This document shows, in pieces, positions 39,226 through 51,747 of a stretch of 64,000 nucleotides of DNA (position 1 is the first letter of the stretch; each line of letters starts with the position of its first letter). The stretch is from the NCBI RefSeq assembly GCF_004010195.1, contig NC_057754.1, forward strand, positions 4,341,681 to 4,405,680. The letters are read 5' to 3'. The position numbers and the translations under genes were made by a program. The notes under the pieces were generated by a model, which saw nothing but the letters and a program-made list of their open reading frames with translations, had not been told where the DNA came from and ran no database searches. Source of the stretch: Chiloscyllium plagiosum (taxonomy: Eukaryota).

Positions 39226-39539
39226 GTAACAACAGGGTAAGCTAAGCAAGTATCCCATCATCAAGAGTATGCCACAATCCATGATGAAAGACGGGGGAAA
39301 AGAATCAGATTTTTAAACTGATGTGCAAATGAAAAGTGACAAAAAAAACTCTTTCGCTGGGCAAGTAGTCTGGGTCTGTAATGAATTACTTGGAGGTAAG
39401 TTCAATTGAGGCATTCAAGGGGGGCATTGGATGATTATTTACATATAACTGGTGGGTAGGGATATGAGGAAAAGATAGGAAATTGGCACTAGAGGATAGA
39501 ACCAGTGCAGGCATGATGCGCTGAATGGCACTATAACAA

Positions 39540-39862
39540 GGGTGGCACAACGCCAGGGACCGAAGTTTGATCCCACCCTCAGACAACTGTCTGTGTGGAG
39601 TTTGCACATTCTCCTTGTGTCTGCGTGGGTTTCCTCTGGGTGTGCTGGTTTCCTCCAACAATCCAAAGATGTGCAGGTTAGGGTGAATTGGCCGTGGGAA
39701 ATTGTCCCATAGTGTTCAGGGATGTGTAGGTTAGGTGCATTAGTCAGAGGTAAGTGTGGAGTAGTAGGGTAGGGGAATGGGTCTGGGGGGGTTACTCTTC
39801 ACTGGGTCAGTGTGGACCTGTTGGGCCGAAGGGCCTGTTTCCACACTGTAGGGATTTTATGA
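39540..39862 (+). mobile_element. HE1-type V-SINE
   Basis: B-box, V-core and tail present. Confidence 0.83.
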
Positions 39863-42050
39863 ATTTCATTCATCTATGAATTCTGTGATTCTTTGATCAC
39901 CCTCGGCCGAGGGAGCCACCCTGGCTCAGGACATGGGGAGTGCTCCTCCACTCTTAGTGAAAGTTTAATCCTCAAGGTTGGGGGGAGGGGGAATGGACAT
40001 GAAAATAGGGAGGTCACATTGACCCCAGCCAGCACAGGCTTTGGACTCATGATGTGGGCCTGACTGAATTAACTGACCAGCCAAAGTAGCTGCCCATCAG
40101 CTTCCAATCGTAAGTGCGCACCTTCACAGTATGAGGCCATCACTAGATTTGTCATCCCACAGGGCGGTTAAGAGTCAACCGCATTGCTGTGGAGTCTGGA
40201 GTCACATGTAGTCCAGACTGGATCAAGGATGGCAGAGAAGGGCAAAATTTTTACACGGAGGGTGGTTCGCATGTGAAATGAACTTCCTGAGGAAGTGACG
40301 GACGCGGGTAAAGTCACAACATTTAAAAGACACTTGGATCAGTACATGAATAAAAAAGGTTTGGCGGGATATGGGCCAGGAGCAGGCAGGTGGGACTAGT
40401 TTAGTTTGGGATTACTTTTGGCATGGACTGGTTGGACCGAAGGGCCTGTTTCCTTGCTCTATAAAGAACATCCGCATACCAGATGGGTTTTTGACCAACA
40501 GTCAGCATCATTAGACTCTTCATTCCAGATTTGTATCAAAATATGGACTTGAACTCTAACCCCAGGACACTAAACGAATCTCTGGATTAACAGTTCGGCG
40601 ATAATGCCAATAGGCCATCACTTCCCCAGTGCCAACAACCTTCATCATCTAGGTTAGACGTGGACCGTAAACTGGTATTTTATCTGGGGAGTGGGGGGGA
40701 GAGGGCAAGAGGTGAATGGTGCTGCCCACACGCAGAAGACACTGGGAGCATTAGCCCTAGGTATGAGTTTCAAAGATCACAGCATGCCCGAGCTGCTAAC
40801 AGCAGTCTGATTCATTGACACAGGCAAAAAGGAAAAGCTGTACAAAACCCCACCCTTTTCCCACGACCTGTTCAGGCAAGTCCCCGGATGATATCAGAGA
40901 AGGACATGGGCGCAGGTTATCAAGTCAGGAGTTAAGGAAATTGGTGTCACTGCTGCTTTCCCCTCAGGTACATTGTGATTTGTGTTTTCCGTGAGCTGAA
41001 ACTGTATCGGCATCGGAAACTGGCAATGATTTTCCAGCCTCCAGAACACTTTTCAAAATCCAAATCCTTTCACAGAGCAACTTAAAGCAGTTTAAGTACA
41101 GGAGAGCTCCAATCACTGTCACTGACACGGCAACAGACAGGGCATACTACAAGTCCACAGCTGTGACAGTGAGAGTGTGAAGAGATTAAACCTTCTCATG
41201 CTGCGTAGAGAGTTGCACAGAGTTCTTAAAGTCAGGACTTCCCCAAACCAGAGGGTTGGGGACCCTGAGTAGAGTCACGAGTTGAGATTTCCATAAGGTG
41301 CAGGGGCAGATGCAGGCCATTCAGCCCATTGAATCTGCTCTACCATTCAATACGACTGTAGCTGATCTGATCCTCCCCTGGTCTCTGAGCCAGCAGTGGT
41401 TGAGTCTATAATCGGTCTCCAATTTCTCATAGAGGACTCGTGGCAATGGTCAAGCCTCAAGTGGAGGGTGGGGGAGAGGGGTAAGAAAGGTTTGGCAGTT
41501 TTGGAGCTGCCTTAATTTCCATCAGGACAAACAGATAAAGGTGAAAGGCACTCCTCCTCACCACTCCCCCAATCCAGGAGCATCAACTTCCCATTGTACT
41601 ACCAAGTGGGAAGCCCTGAGATGATCAGACTATTCCACCACAAACATGCATCACAGCCAAACTAGATCTTTCTCCTCACTTTTGGTGGGGGGAAGTGTTT
41701 TAGATTGCAATACAGAACATGGAATCCTTGCTTGGTGATCTCCACAACACCCAACTGTGCCACCCAAACTGTGCCCACTCATGTCCCCACCAGTCAGTAA
41801 CCTGTGTCATGGTCCCAATATCACACAAAAGCTTCATTTGGAAGTATCTATAGAGGCTAGGGGCACATGAGATCATCAACAAACCAAAGCAGAAATAAAC
41901 TGAGGGGGTAGGGGCAGAGTAGAGTAGACAGAAGGAGTAGGGGATGTGGCTGGATGGCCTCTTGCAGTCCCAGTCAAATTGCCTTAAAAACTGAACTGCC
42001 AAGGGATGGAACAATGGTCCCTCTCGCCTACGGGCTGGACAAAAATAAGG

Positions 42051-43325
42051 CCGGCGTGGTAACTCAGTGGGTTAGCACTGCTGCCTCACAGCGCCAGGGA
42101 CTCAGGCTCAATTCCAGCCTCGAGCGACTGTCTGTGTGGAGTTTGCACATTCTCCCCGTGTCTATGTGGGGTTTCCTCCCATAGTCCAAAAACGCGCAGG
42201 TTAGGGTGGATTGGCCATGTTAAATTGTCCCGTAGTGCCCAGGGATGTGCAGGTTAAGGTGGATTGGCCGTGCTAAATTGCCCCATAGTGTCCAGGGATG
42301 TGCAGGTTAGGGTGGATTGGCCGTGCTAAATTGTCCATAGTGTCCAGGGATGTGCAGGTTAGGGTGGACTGGCCGTGCTAAATTGTCCCATAGTGCCCAG
42401 GGATGTGCAGATTAGAGTGGATTGGCCGTGCTAAATTGTCCCATACTGCCCAGGGATGCGCAGGTTAGGGTGGATTGGCCATTGTATGTTGTCCCATAGT
42501 GCCCAGGGATGTGCAGGTTAGGGTGGATTGGCCGTGCTAAATTGTCCCATAGTGTCCAGGGATGTGCAGATTAGAGTGGATTGGCCATGCTATATTGTCC
42601 CATAGTGTCCAGGGACGTGCAGGTTAGGATGGATTGGCCGTGCTAAATTGTCCCATAGTGCCCAGGGATGTGCAGATTAGAGTGGATTGGCCATTGTATA
42701 TTGTCCCATAGTGCCCAGGGATGTGCAGGTTAGGGTGGATTGGCTGTGCTAAATTGTCCCATAGTGCCNNNNNNNNNNNNNNNNNNNNNNNNNNNNNNNN
42801 NNNNNNNNNNNNNNNNNNNNNNNNNNNNNNNNNNNNNNNNNNNNNNNNNNNNNNNNNNNNNNNNNNNNNNNNNNNNNNNNNNNNNNNNNNNNNNNNNNNN
42901 NNNNNNNNNNNNNNNNNNNNNNNNNNNNNNNNNNNNNNNNNNNNNNNNNNNNNNNNNNNNNNNNNNNNNNNNNNNNNNNNNNNNNNNNNNNNNNNNNNNN
43001 NNNNNNNNNNNNNNNNNNNNNNNNNNNNNNNNNNNNNNNNNNNNNNNNNNNNNNNNNNNNNNNNNNNNNNNNNNNNNNNNNNNNNNNNNNNNNNNNNNNN
43101 NNNCAGGGATGTGCAGGTTTGGGTGGGTTGGCCGTGCTAAATTGTCCCATAGTGCCCAGGGGTGTGCAAGTTAGGGTGGATTGGCCATTGTATATTGTCC
43201 CATAGTGCCCAGGGATGAGCAGGTTAGGTGGCTTAGTCATGGGGAAATGTGGAGTTACAGGGATAGGGTGGGATGCTCTTCAGAGGGTCAGTGCAGACTT
43301 GATGGGCTGAATGTCCACACTGTAC
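42051..43325 (+). mobile_element. HE1-type V-SINE with expanded 53-bp internal tandem array (contains an N gap)
   Basis: Head 42051-42125, V-core, at least 12 visible 53-bp units either side of N 42769-43103, tail to about 43325. Confidence 0.9.
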
Positions 43326-43784
43326 CGGTATAATATTTTAAAATTTCAAAAGTACACTTTTTTCATTTTAAAAAAGTGTTTGTACACACACAAATGGTTC
43401 TGTCCAGTAGCAATCAAGGAAACAAAAACACTGGAGCTTGACTCTATCCAAACAAACCATCTCTTCCACACGTAAGAGCACAGATGCGCGCTTCTGAGGC
43501 ACTCGGAAGGTCCGAGAACTGAGGGTGACCCCCATTTAACTTCAGCAGGACGACAGTAACCGCAGGGAGGTGGACGGGATAGGGGGTAGTGATTCGCTGT
43601 GAAACTGTCATTCCTGCTAACCCTCTCCAGTCTTCCTATCCCTACCGACTATCTTCGGGCAAGACTGCCCCTGGACTGGGGAGATATCAGAGAAAGCTTG
43701 GAACGCAGCAGTGGGGGGGGAGTGGGGTGGGAGAGACAGGGGCAGGAGAGAGAGAGGGAGGTGTCAGTTAATGCTGTCACTTAC

Positions 43785-44034
43785 CCACTCGGAAGCCAGA
43801 ACCCGTCAGGGTATCAGCAACATGTCCATTCTCACTGATCAGGGTGGTAGTGTTACCCAGTTGGCAGCTGTCTTGGCACTGACCCTTCAGGCAAGTCCGC
43901 TGGCAGATGGTCGGCGTGAAGACCACCTTGAACCGTTCTTGCCATTGGTCGTTAGCTCGGACAGAGACCCACGCTAGACAAGCCAGTCCTAGACCCACCA
44001 ACAAACCGAGAGTCTTTGAATCCATGGAACGCAT
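43785..44034 (-). CDS. LTBP3: First coding exon of a latent TGF-beta binding protein (LTBP3-like): signal peptide plus N-terminal 4-Cys region
   Basis: Translation [83 protein letters not shown] matches the LTBP3 N-terminus as I recall it ([23 protein letters not shown]...[17 protein letters not shown]). Hydrophobic signal peptide; ends at canonical phase-1 donor GTG G|GTAAGT (intron starts 43784). Alternative ATG at 44025 (MDSK). Confidence 0.88.
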
Positions 44035-44900
44035 ATCAACATCCCCGGGTCCAGGAGAGAGAGGGAGGAGGTGGTTCTCTCTCTCTCTCTCCTTCTCTCG
44101 CTGCTGTCTTCACAAAAACTCCCCAACAACACACTGCACTCACAGAATGCTTGGTTTGACTAGAACTGTGGGACTGGCTCCAAATCTTACATTGGAAAGA
44201 AAGGGGGTGTGTCCTGGATTACACTCTGTTCCAAAAGAGACAGAAAAAAATATGCATTGCAGAACAAAAACAAAAAAAAATCCAAAGACGGTTTCAAATT
44301 GCAAAAAAAATTTTTTTTTAAAGTGTGTGTGTGCACTTTTTTGCAAAAAGAGCAGACCCCTAGACGTGATCTGGCAGTGGGCCAGGATAATTTTTTTTTT
44401 TAAAAAAAGGGTATTGCTGCGTTACTGAAGCTGGGATTTTGCAAACGCACTCCGGGGTCAGCTGTATATTGTCAGTCCTTCTTCCTGGAGCTCGGTGGAT
44501 TTAGCACTGGATTTCCAGGTCAGGTTCCATGCAGTACTCTCCACTACGCCACCCACACTGACACCGTTCCCCTCGACTGCCCAGAAGTTTCCTCCTCCAC
44601 CTCCTCCCGGAGCGATCCCAACAAACTTCAGTCCCCCAAACTAAAAAAAACAAAGGGATGTAATAGCAGCTCCCCTGGTTTCCTCAGCAATTTCTAGTTT
44701 TCAGAGTTCCCTTCGGATGCAGAAAAAGAAAACAATCCGTTGCTTTGATTTAGAATTGCATTTATTTGGACAGATTATAGCTCCGGTTCTGTCAATTTAT
44801 CGCTTTATAAATTGAAATGAAAAAGTATCTATAGAAATAATCATCTCAGTGGAGACAACGCCACAGCCGTCAGCGGCAGGAGTGTGCAATTTCAGCGTGA
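44035..44900 (-). promoter_or_regulatory. Probable 5' UTR and promoter region of the LTBP gene
   Basis: Repeat-free sequence directly upstream of the signal-peptide ATG, with CpG-containing stretches (about 44400-44640), a purine/pyrimidine microsatellite and homopolymer tracts. TSS cannot be located from sequence alone. Confidence 0.5.
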
Positions 44901-45030
44901 CAAGTTTACATAGGTACGTTTCAGTTTAAATATGGGGAGTTTACAGGAGGTATGCTCAGGTCTTTAATATGTTAGGATAGAATACTAAAATTCAAAATTA
45001 AAATACCGATTATTTCTCTGGGGAAACAAC

Positions 45031-46063
45031 CATAGAATCCCAACAGTGTGGAATCAGGCCAATCGGCCCGTCGGGTCCACACCAAAAGCATCCCACCCAA
45101 TCCCTGTAACCCTGCATTTCCCATGGCTAATCCACCAAGCCTGCACATCCCTGGACACTATGGGGCAGTTTAGCATGGCCAATCCACCCTAACCTGCACA
45201 TCCCTGGGCACTATGGGACAATTTAGCACGGCCAATCCACCCTAACCTGCACATCCCTGGGCACTATGGGGCAATTTNNNNNNNNNNNNNNNNNNNNNNN
45301 NNNNNNNNNNNNNNNNNNNNNNNNNNNNNNNNNNNNNNNNNNNNNNNNNNNNNNNNNNNNCAATCCACCCTAACCTGCACATCCCTGGACATTATGGGAC
45401 AATTTAGCACGGCCAATCCACCCTAACCCGCACACCCCTGGACATTATGGGACAATTTAGCACGGCCAATCCACCCTAACCCGCACACCCCTGGACATTA
45501 TGGGACAATTTAGCACGGCCAATCCACCCTAACCTGCACATCCCTGGGCACTCTGGGACAATTTAGCACGGCCAATCCACCCTAACCTGCACATCCCTGG
45601 GCACTCTGGGACAATTTAGCACGGCCAATCCACCCTAACCTGCACATCCCTGGGCACTATGGGACAATTTAGCACGGCCAATCCACCCTAACCTGCACAT
45701 CCCTGGGCACTATGGGACAATTTAGCACGGCCAATCCACCCTAACCTGCACATCCCTGGGCACTATGGGACAATTTAGCACGGCCAATCCACCCTAACCT
45801 GCACATCCCTGGGCACTATGGGACAATTTAGCACGGCCAATCCACCCTAACCTGCACATCCCTGGGCACTATGGGACAATTTAGCACGGCCAATCCACCC
45901 TAACCTGCACATCCCTGGACACTATGGGGCAATTTAGCACGGCCAATCCACCCTAATCTGCACATCCCTGGGCACTATGGGACAATTTAGCACGGCCAAT
46001 CCACCCTGACCTGCACACCTTTGGACTGTGGGAGGAAACCAGAGCACCCGGAGGAACCCCACA
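45031..46063 (-). mobile_element. HE1-type V-SINE (head missing) with expanded 53-bp tandem array (contains an N gap)
   Basis: At least 14 visible reverse-complement 53-bp units, many identical; N 45278-45360; V-core end at about 46020-46063. Confidence 0.9.
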
Positions 46064-46799
46064 ATTGTGGTGACTTCACAGTTTGAAGGGGCACAGTGCT
46101 TTACTTCTCTATTTATGAAATTGAAAAAAACTATTGTCATACCTAATGGTTTATTTCAAAAAGGCTAATTAGCCTTTATCATTCCCTACAAACTGCAGAC
46201 AAAAAAAAGGACAGAATCTCTTTTAGAAGTCTATCCCAGTTAGCACAGTGATTTGAACCTGGATCTACTAGAACAGTATCCAGGTCACTGCACTGCTAGC
46301 CCAGTGGCAATACCACGAGACCATCACCTCCCCACAAACTATCAATGGTATAATGGATTATGGGAACATAAAAGGCATTAAAATATTCGACCAGTTATGA
46401 TCATATTAAATGCCAGGGCAGGTTTGAATCGGAGAATTGACATGGCGTTGAGGGAGGGTAGTCAACCATCATGCTCACACTGGATGTCTAGCTTGAAGGT
46501 GACTCCTGTTCTTATATTCCTATGTTCCTAAAATGGTTAGCGCAGATTCTCTCAGGAGCTTCCCAAAGCAGGGATCACTCACTCAAGTCTACGGACCTCC
46601 ATTGAGATGGGAGTGGGGGATGGAAGGACCATACAGCAGACCTTTGGGGGAAAGGGTGCACAGCTAGGCTGTGGCTTAATCCATCCAACTGGGCGATGAC
46701 ATTATCTGGACATACCAACATTACATGCAGCATAGGCGGCTCCGTGGTCAGCACTGCTGCCTCACAGCGCCAGGGAGCCAGGTGTATGCCTGCTGTTAG

Positions 46800-48180
46800 G
46801 ACAGCAATCTCTTCCTCAACGTCAGCAAAACAAAGGAGCTGGTCATCGACTGCAGAAAGTGTAGTGGAGGGCATGCCCTCGTCTGTAACAACGGTGCTGA
46901 GACAGAGATGCTGTCAAGTTCCTGGGAGTGATGATCACCACCAAACTGTCCTGGTTCATCCATGTTGACACTACGGTCAAGAAAGCACAACGATGCTTCT
47001 ACTTCCTGAGGAGGCTAAGGAAATCTTGCCTGTCCACAATGACACTTGCCAATTTTTGTAGATGCACCATTAGAAAGCATCCTATCCTGATGTATCACAG
47101 CTTAGTATTGTAAAACTCTGACCAAGACCACAAGAAATTACAGAGAATTGTGAACACAGTCCAGTCCATCACACAAACCAGCCCCCCCACCCATTGATTC
47201 CGTCTATACTTCCCGCTGTCTTGGGAAGGCAGCCAACATCATCAAAGACCCCTCCCATCCTGACATATACTCTCCCAAACTCTTCCATCAGGCCGAAGAT
47301 ACAAAACTTTAAAAACACGCGGCAAAAAATTCAAGACAGTTTCTTCCCCACTGTTATCAGGCTTATGAACGGACCTCTCGTATATTAAAGTTGATCTTTC
47401 TCTGCACCTTCTTGGGTGGCATGGTGGCCCAGTGGTTAGCACTGCTACCTCACAGTGCCAGGGTTCAATTCCATCCTGAGGTAACTGACTCTGTGGAGTT
47501 TGCATCTTGTCTGCTTGAGTTTTCTCCCAGTACTCTGGTTTCCTCCAATAGTCCATAGATTGTGCAGACTAGGGTAGATTATCCATTGTGTCCAGGGATT
47601 AGATTAGATTATCTACACTGTGGAAACAGGCCATTCAGCCCAACCAGTCCACACTGACCCTCCCAAGAGTAACCTACCCAGACCCATTTCTCTCTGACTA
47701 ATGCACCTAACACTATGGGCAATTTTAGCATGGCCAATTCACCTGAGCTGCGCATCTTTGGATTGTGGGAGGAAACTGGAGCACCCGGAGGAAGCCCATG
47801 CAGACATGGGGAGAATGTGCAAATTGCAAACTGGTAATCACCCGAGGCTAGAATCAAACTCAGGTCCCTGGTGTTGAGGCAGCAGTACTAACCACTGAGC
47901 CACCATGCCACCCCACAGGGGATATGTAGGCTAGGTGGATCAGCCATTGGAAATGCATGGTTACTGGGATATGATGGCTCTGGGTGGTATGCTGTTTGGA
48001 TGGTTGGTGTGGACTCGATGCACAGCTTTCACACTGTAGGGATTCTTCTTAGTAGCTGTAATACTGCATTCTGTTCTATTACCCTGAGGGACTTACATAA
48101 GGTATGATTTGCCTGTATAGCACCCAAAACAATACTTTTCACTGTATCTCAGAACATGTGACAATAATAAATCAGATCAA
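46800..48180 (+). mobile_element. Rex1/Babar-like LINE 3' fragment with HE1 (+, about 47414-48045) containing HE1 (-, about 47604-47914)
   Basis: HVDTTVKKAQRCFYFLRRLRK..DSFFPTVIRLMNG; 3' UTR resumes near 48050 and ends ...tgtgacaataataaatcagatcaa. Confidence 0.8.
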
Positions 48181-48745
48181 GTTTTGAGGTTTGGCTAATA
48201 ATCTAGGCACAAATCCTGCCATTGCTTCTCAATGATGTCCACACCCAGCAATGTAGAATTTTAAAAAAATATAATCCCTGCCCCTCCTTCACTCTCTATA
48301 CCTTTACTCACCCCTCCTGAGATTGCAGGATCATTTCCTCTCCCGGGTCTAACTTCCCACCACCAACCCCTGGTGTGGGTTACCAAAAATGTGGATAAAG
48401 TATCTACAGGATGAGACCAAATAGACAAATGAGTCTTTCACATCCCAAGTCGTCTTGCAAATTGGATGCACATTGAAACCATCCAGGATTATCTTCAAGT
48501 ATCAATCACGGATTGATACAGCACAGGATGAGACCATTCAGCCCATGGCGTTGATGTTGGCCCTTTGGCGAGTTATCGAAATCATTCCACTCTCCTCCTC
48601 TTTCCCCCTCCCCAGACCTTGTAAAATGGTATTCCCTTATGAGTAAATGCCCAATTCTCTCTGGAAAGTTAACGTTGAACTTTCTGTTTATTTACTGGAG
48701 CGTTGGAGGTTGAGGAAGGGTCACATGACTCATTAAGTCTGATTT

Positions 48746-49070
48746 AGAATAGAATCCCCAAAGAGTGGAAACACACCATTCAGCCCAACGAGCCCACATC
48801 AACCATTTGAACAGCATCCCCCACAGACCCATCCACATCCTCGTACCCTATCCCTGTAACCCTGCATTTCCCATGGCTGACACACCTAACCTACACTAAG
48901 GGCAATTTCCCATGGCAAATCCACCTAACCCACATGTCTTTGGACTGTAGGAGGAAACCAGAGCACCCAGCAGAAACGGGGAGAATGTGCAAACTCTACA
49001 CAGTTGCCCAAGGGTGGAATCGAACCCCTGTTCCCTGGCACTGTGAGGTAGCACTGAGCCACTGTGCCTC
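48746..49070 (-). mobile_element. HE1-type V-SINE
   Basis: Reverse complement of V-core and tail. Confidence 0.8.
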
Positions 49071-49124
49071 CACAGATACTGTCAGACCTGCTGAGCTTTT
49101 CCAGCTATTTCTGTTTTTCTACGA

Positions 49125-49485
49125 GGTTGAGAGGTCTATAAAATCATGAGGAGTACAGATAGGGTTAATGGTAGGTGTCTTTTCCCTTAGGTGGGGAATT
49201 TCAGGATTAGGGGGCATACTTTTAAAGTGAGAGGAGACAGATTTAATAAAAGACATGAGGGGCAATTGTTTTGCACAGAGGGTGGTTTGCATGTGGAATG
49301 AACTTCCTGAAGAAGTTGTAGGTGCAGGTATAGTTACAACATTTAAAATACATTTGGATAGGTACATGAATAGGAAAGGTGTGGAGGGATATGGGCCAGG
49401 AGCAGGCAGGTGGGACTAGCTTTATTTGGGATTATGTTCGGCACGGACTGGTTGTTTCTGTGCTGTACGACTCTATTACTCTATA
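49125..49485 (+). mobile_element. HER1/CR1 3' fragment
   Basis: gaggtctataaaatcatgag ... tggaatgaacttcctgaagaag ... tail. Confidence 0.85.
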
Positions 49486-50755
49486 ACAACTCACTCGCAT
49501 TAAAATAAAACTTTCGCCCCGGGGTCCCTGCAGAAATACTTTGCGCCTCTTTGAATTTGACATGAAAATGATGTCTCGACTCCATGAGTCAGTCAGATGT
49601 TAAACGTTGACTCTGGAGAATGTAGCTGTACCCGTCTCTATGGGGAGGCCTCACTGATGTTACACTATGTGCAGTATAACTTTGTAGACGGTCGATAAAG
49701 TTTAGTTTTACACGGAGGAAGGTCTCGATACAGTTCCATAGTTACAGGTCAAGCACGGAGCAAGCAGGTGGTATATAAATCTCAGACGCATCAGCACAAT
49801 GGGGGGGGTTTCTGTCTCTGTGTTACACTCTGCACCCCGTTGGGCCCAGTACATCATTACTCCATTCTGAAGCCTCTTTTTCTTGGCTCACAGCTTGCAC
49901 AGAAATTCCCAAAATGCATACTCTTTCCGTGCTGAGAACAGATGAGGAAAACATCTGAAAAATAAGAGATCTGTGACGGAGACTCAGGCCGGTAATGACA
50001 ATTTGCATTCATTTGTATCTTTACGGTGATAAAACATCCTGAGGTCCTTTTAGGGAGGCACAAGTCAGGAGTGTGAGGGAACAATCCTTACTTGCCCCTG
50101 GATGGGTGCAGCTGCAACAACACTCAAGAAGCTCGACACCATCCAGGACAGAGCAGTCCCCTGCTCAATTGGCACCAACACGCACTCTCTCCACCACTGA
50201 CGCTCAATAGCAGAAGTGTGTACTGTCTATAAGATGCACTGTAGAAATTCACCAAGGCTACTTAGACAGCACCTTTCAAATAAGTGACCAAAACCATCTA
50301 GAAGGAGAAGGGCAGCAGATGTATGGGAACACCATCTCCTGAAAGTTCCTCTCCGGGTCACTCACCATCCTTGACTTGGAAATATATCGTCGTTCCTTCA
50401 GTGTCACTGGGTCAAAATTCTGGAACTCTCTCCCAAGTGGCATTGTAGGGGGACATACAGGGCAAGATGTTCAAGAAGGCAGCTCACCACCACCTTCTGA
50501 ATGGATAATTAGGGACAGGCAATTAATACTGGTCCAGCCAGCAATGCCCATAATATGGATAAATTTAAAAAAGAGATCAGGCCAAGTTTGATGCTGAGCC
50601 AGAGAAGCAGCTTTGAGTCCACATGAATTGGTCAAAAAGGTAGCTACTTTGCATCATTGTAAAGGAGAGGGACACAAGGTGGATTGAGAAGAAAATTCCT
50701 GAACTTACAGCCTAAGTGGAAAAATATGGCTGCCGTTGGTGGGAAGAATGCCTGT

Positions 50756-51747
50756 CAGGCAAGATGGCAGTGGAGTGGGGCACCTGACTAGAGCCTGTCC
50801 CTCTGATCACTTTTCTTTCTTCTTTTCTTGTTTTTCTTCTTCCTTTTTCTTAGTTCTTTCGTTTCTTTCCTTTCTTTACTTACCTTCTGGAGGGAACTCG
50901 GTCGTGGAGTCAGTGACAGCGGTAGCTGGGGAACTCTGATGGTTGGCTATGAGGCAACTAGTCTTGGTTTGTTGATGGCCGGAGTGGTACCAGAACAGGA
51001 CTCTGCAGCGAGGCAGCTAACGTGGCGACAGAGCACAGCAAACCCAGCTGGGGCCCAGCGCAAACCTGGACGGCAACCAGTAGCTAAAGATGGCGGCAGC
51101 GGCAGTCGGTCACGAAGGATGGCGGCAGCAATAAAGTGGCAGCCGTGGTTGAAGCCGAGCGAGTGGCAATGAAGCCTGGCGAGCCTGATGGAGATCAGCA
51201 GTGGCAAAGGCTGCTGGCCTGCCCGGAGGGGTGTTAGCCCAGAGAGGGTGGACGAGCCAGTGCTGGGGAAAGCGAGCCCTCTTGGGGAAAGCCCAGTTTG
51301 GAGTGTCTGCAGGCCCATGGCTTAAGAAAGGACTGAAATGTTTGACATTTTAAACTTAATTTCTCTATGTTTTATACTAAGAAAACCGTAATGCTGAACC
51401 TTGTAAAACTTATTTCTTTATTTTTCGCCTTCTGTCACTAAGATTTTGTACCCAGGTACTTTGTATCTAAGATGGCGCCTTGTCATAGAGTTGCTCAGCA
51501 CGGAAACAGCCTTCGGTCCAACTCATCCATGCCAACCAGATATCCGACATTAATCTAGTCCCATTTGCCAGCACTTGACCCATATCCCTCTAAACCCTTT
51601 CTTTTCATACACCCATCCAGATGTCTTTTAAATATTGTAATTGTACCAGTCTTCATGTGGAGACATTGTGTACTTTTCACTGTATTCTTGTACCCTGTAC
51701 TTAGGCCCACACGACACTGAAACCTCAATCTAAATCTAAAATCTAAA
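50756..51747 (+). mobile_element. Probable non-autonomous LINE derivative with Rex1-like 3' end; nested HER1/CR1 tail (-, about 51482-51650)
   Basis: Starts caagatggc, T-rich tract, GC-rich body, ends tacttttcactgta...(tctaaa)n, similar to the Rex1-like 3' ends near 48135 and 14150. Confidence 0.5.

Larger units (their letters stand above)
1..43784 (-). other. Probable large first intron of the LTBP gene (more than 43.7 kb, continues past the window start)
   Basis: Starts at the GTAAGT donor; the expected next exon (V.C.LPCMNGGQCSSR.., EGF-like) was not seen in the ORF track or the unique islands I read. Confidence 0.6.

Noticed and set aside
42721..43240. ORFs spanning N runs
   Set aside because: Artefacts of an assembly gap within SINE repeats.
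43907..44428. 173-aa plus-strand ORF antisense to the LTBP exon
   Set aside because: Low-complexity shadow ORF crossing homopolymer tracts, with no recognisable domain.
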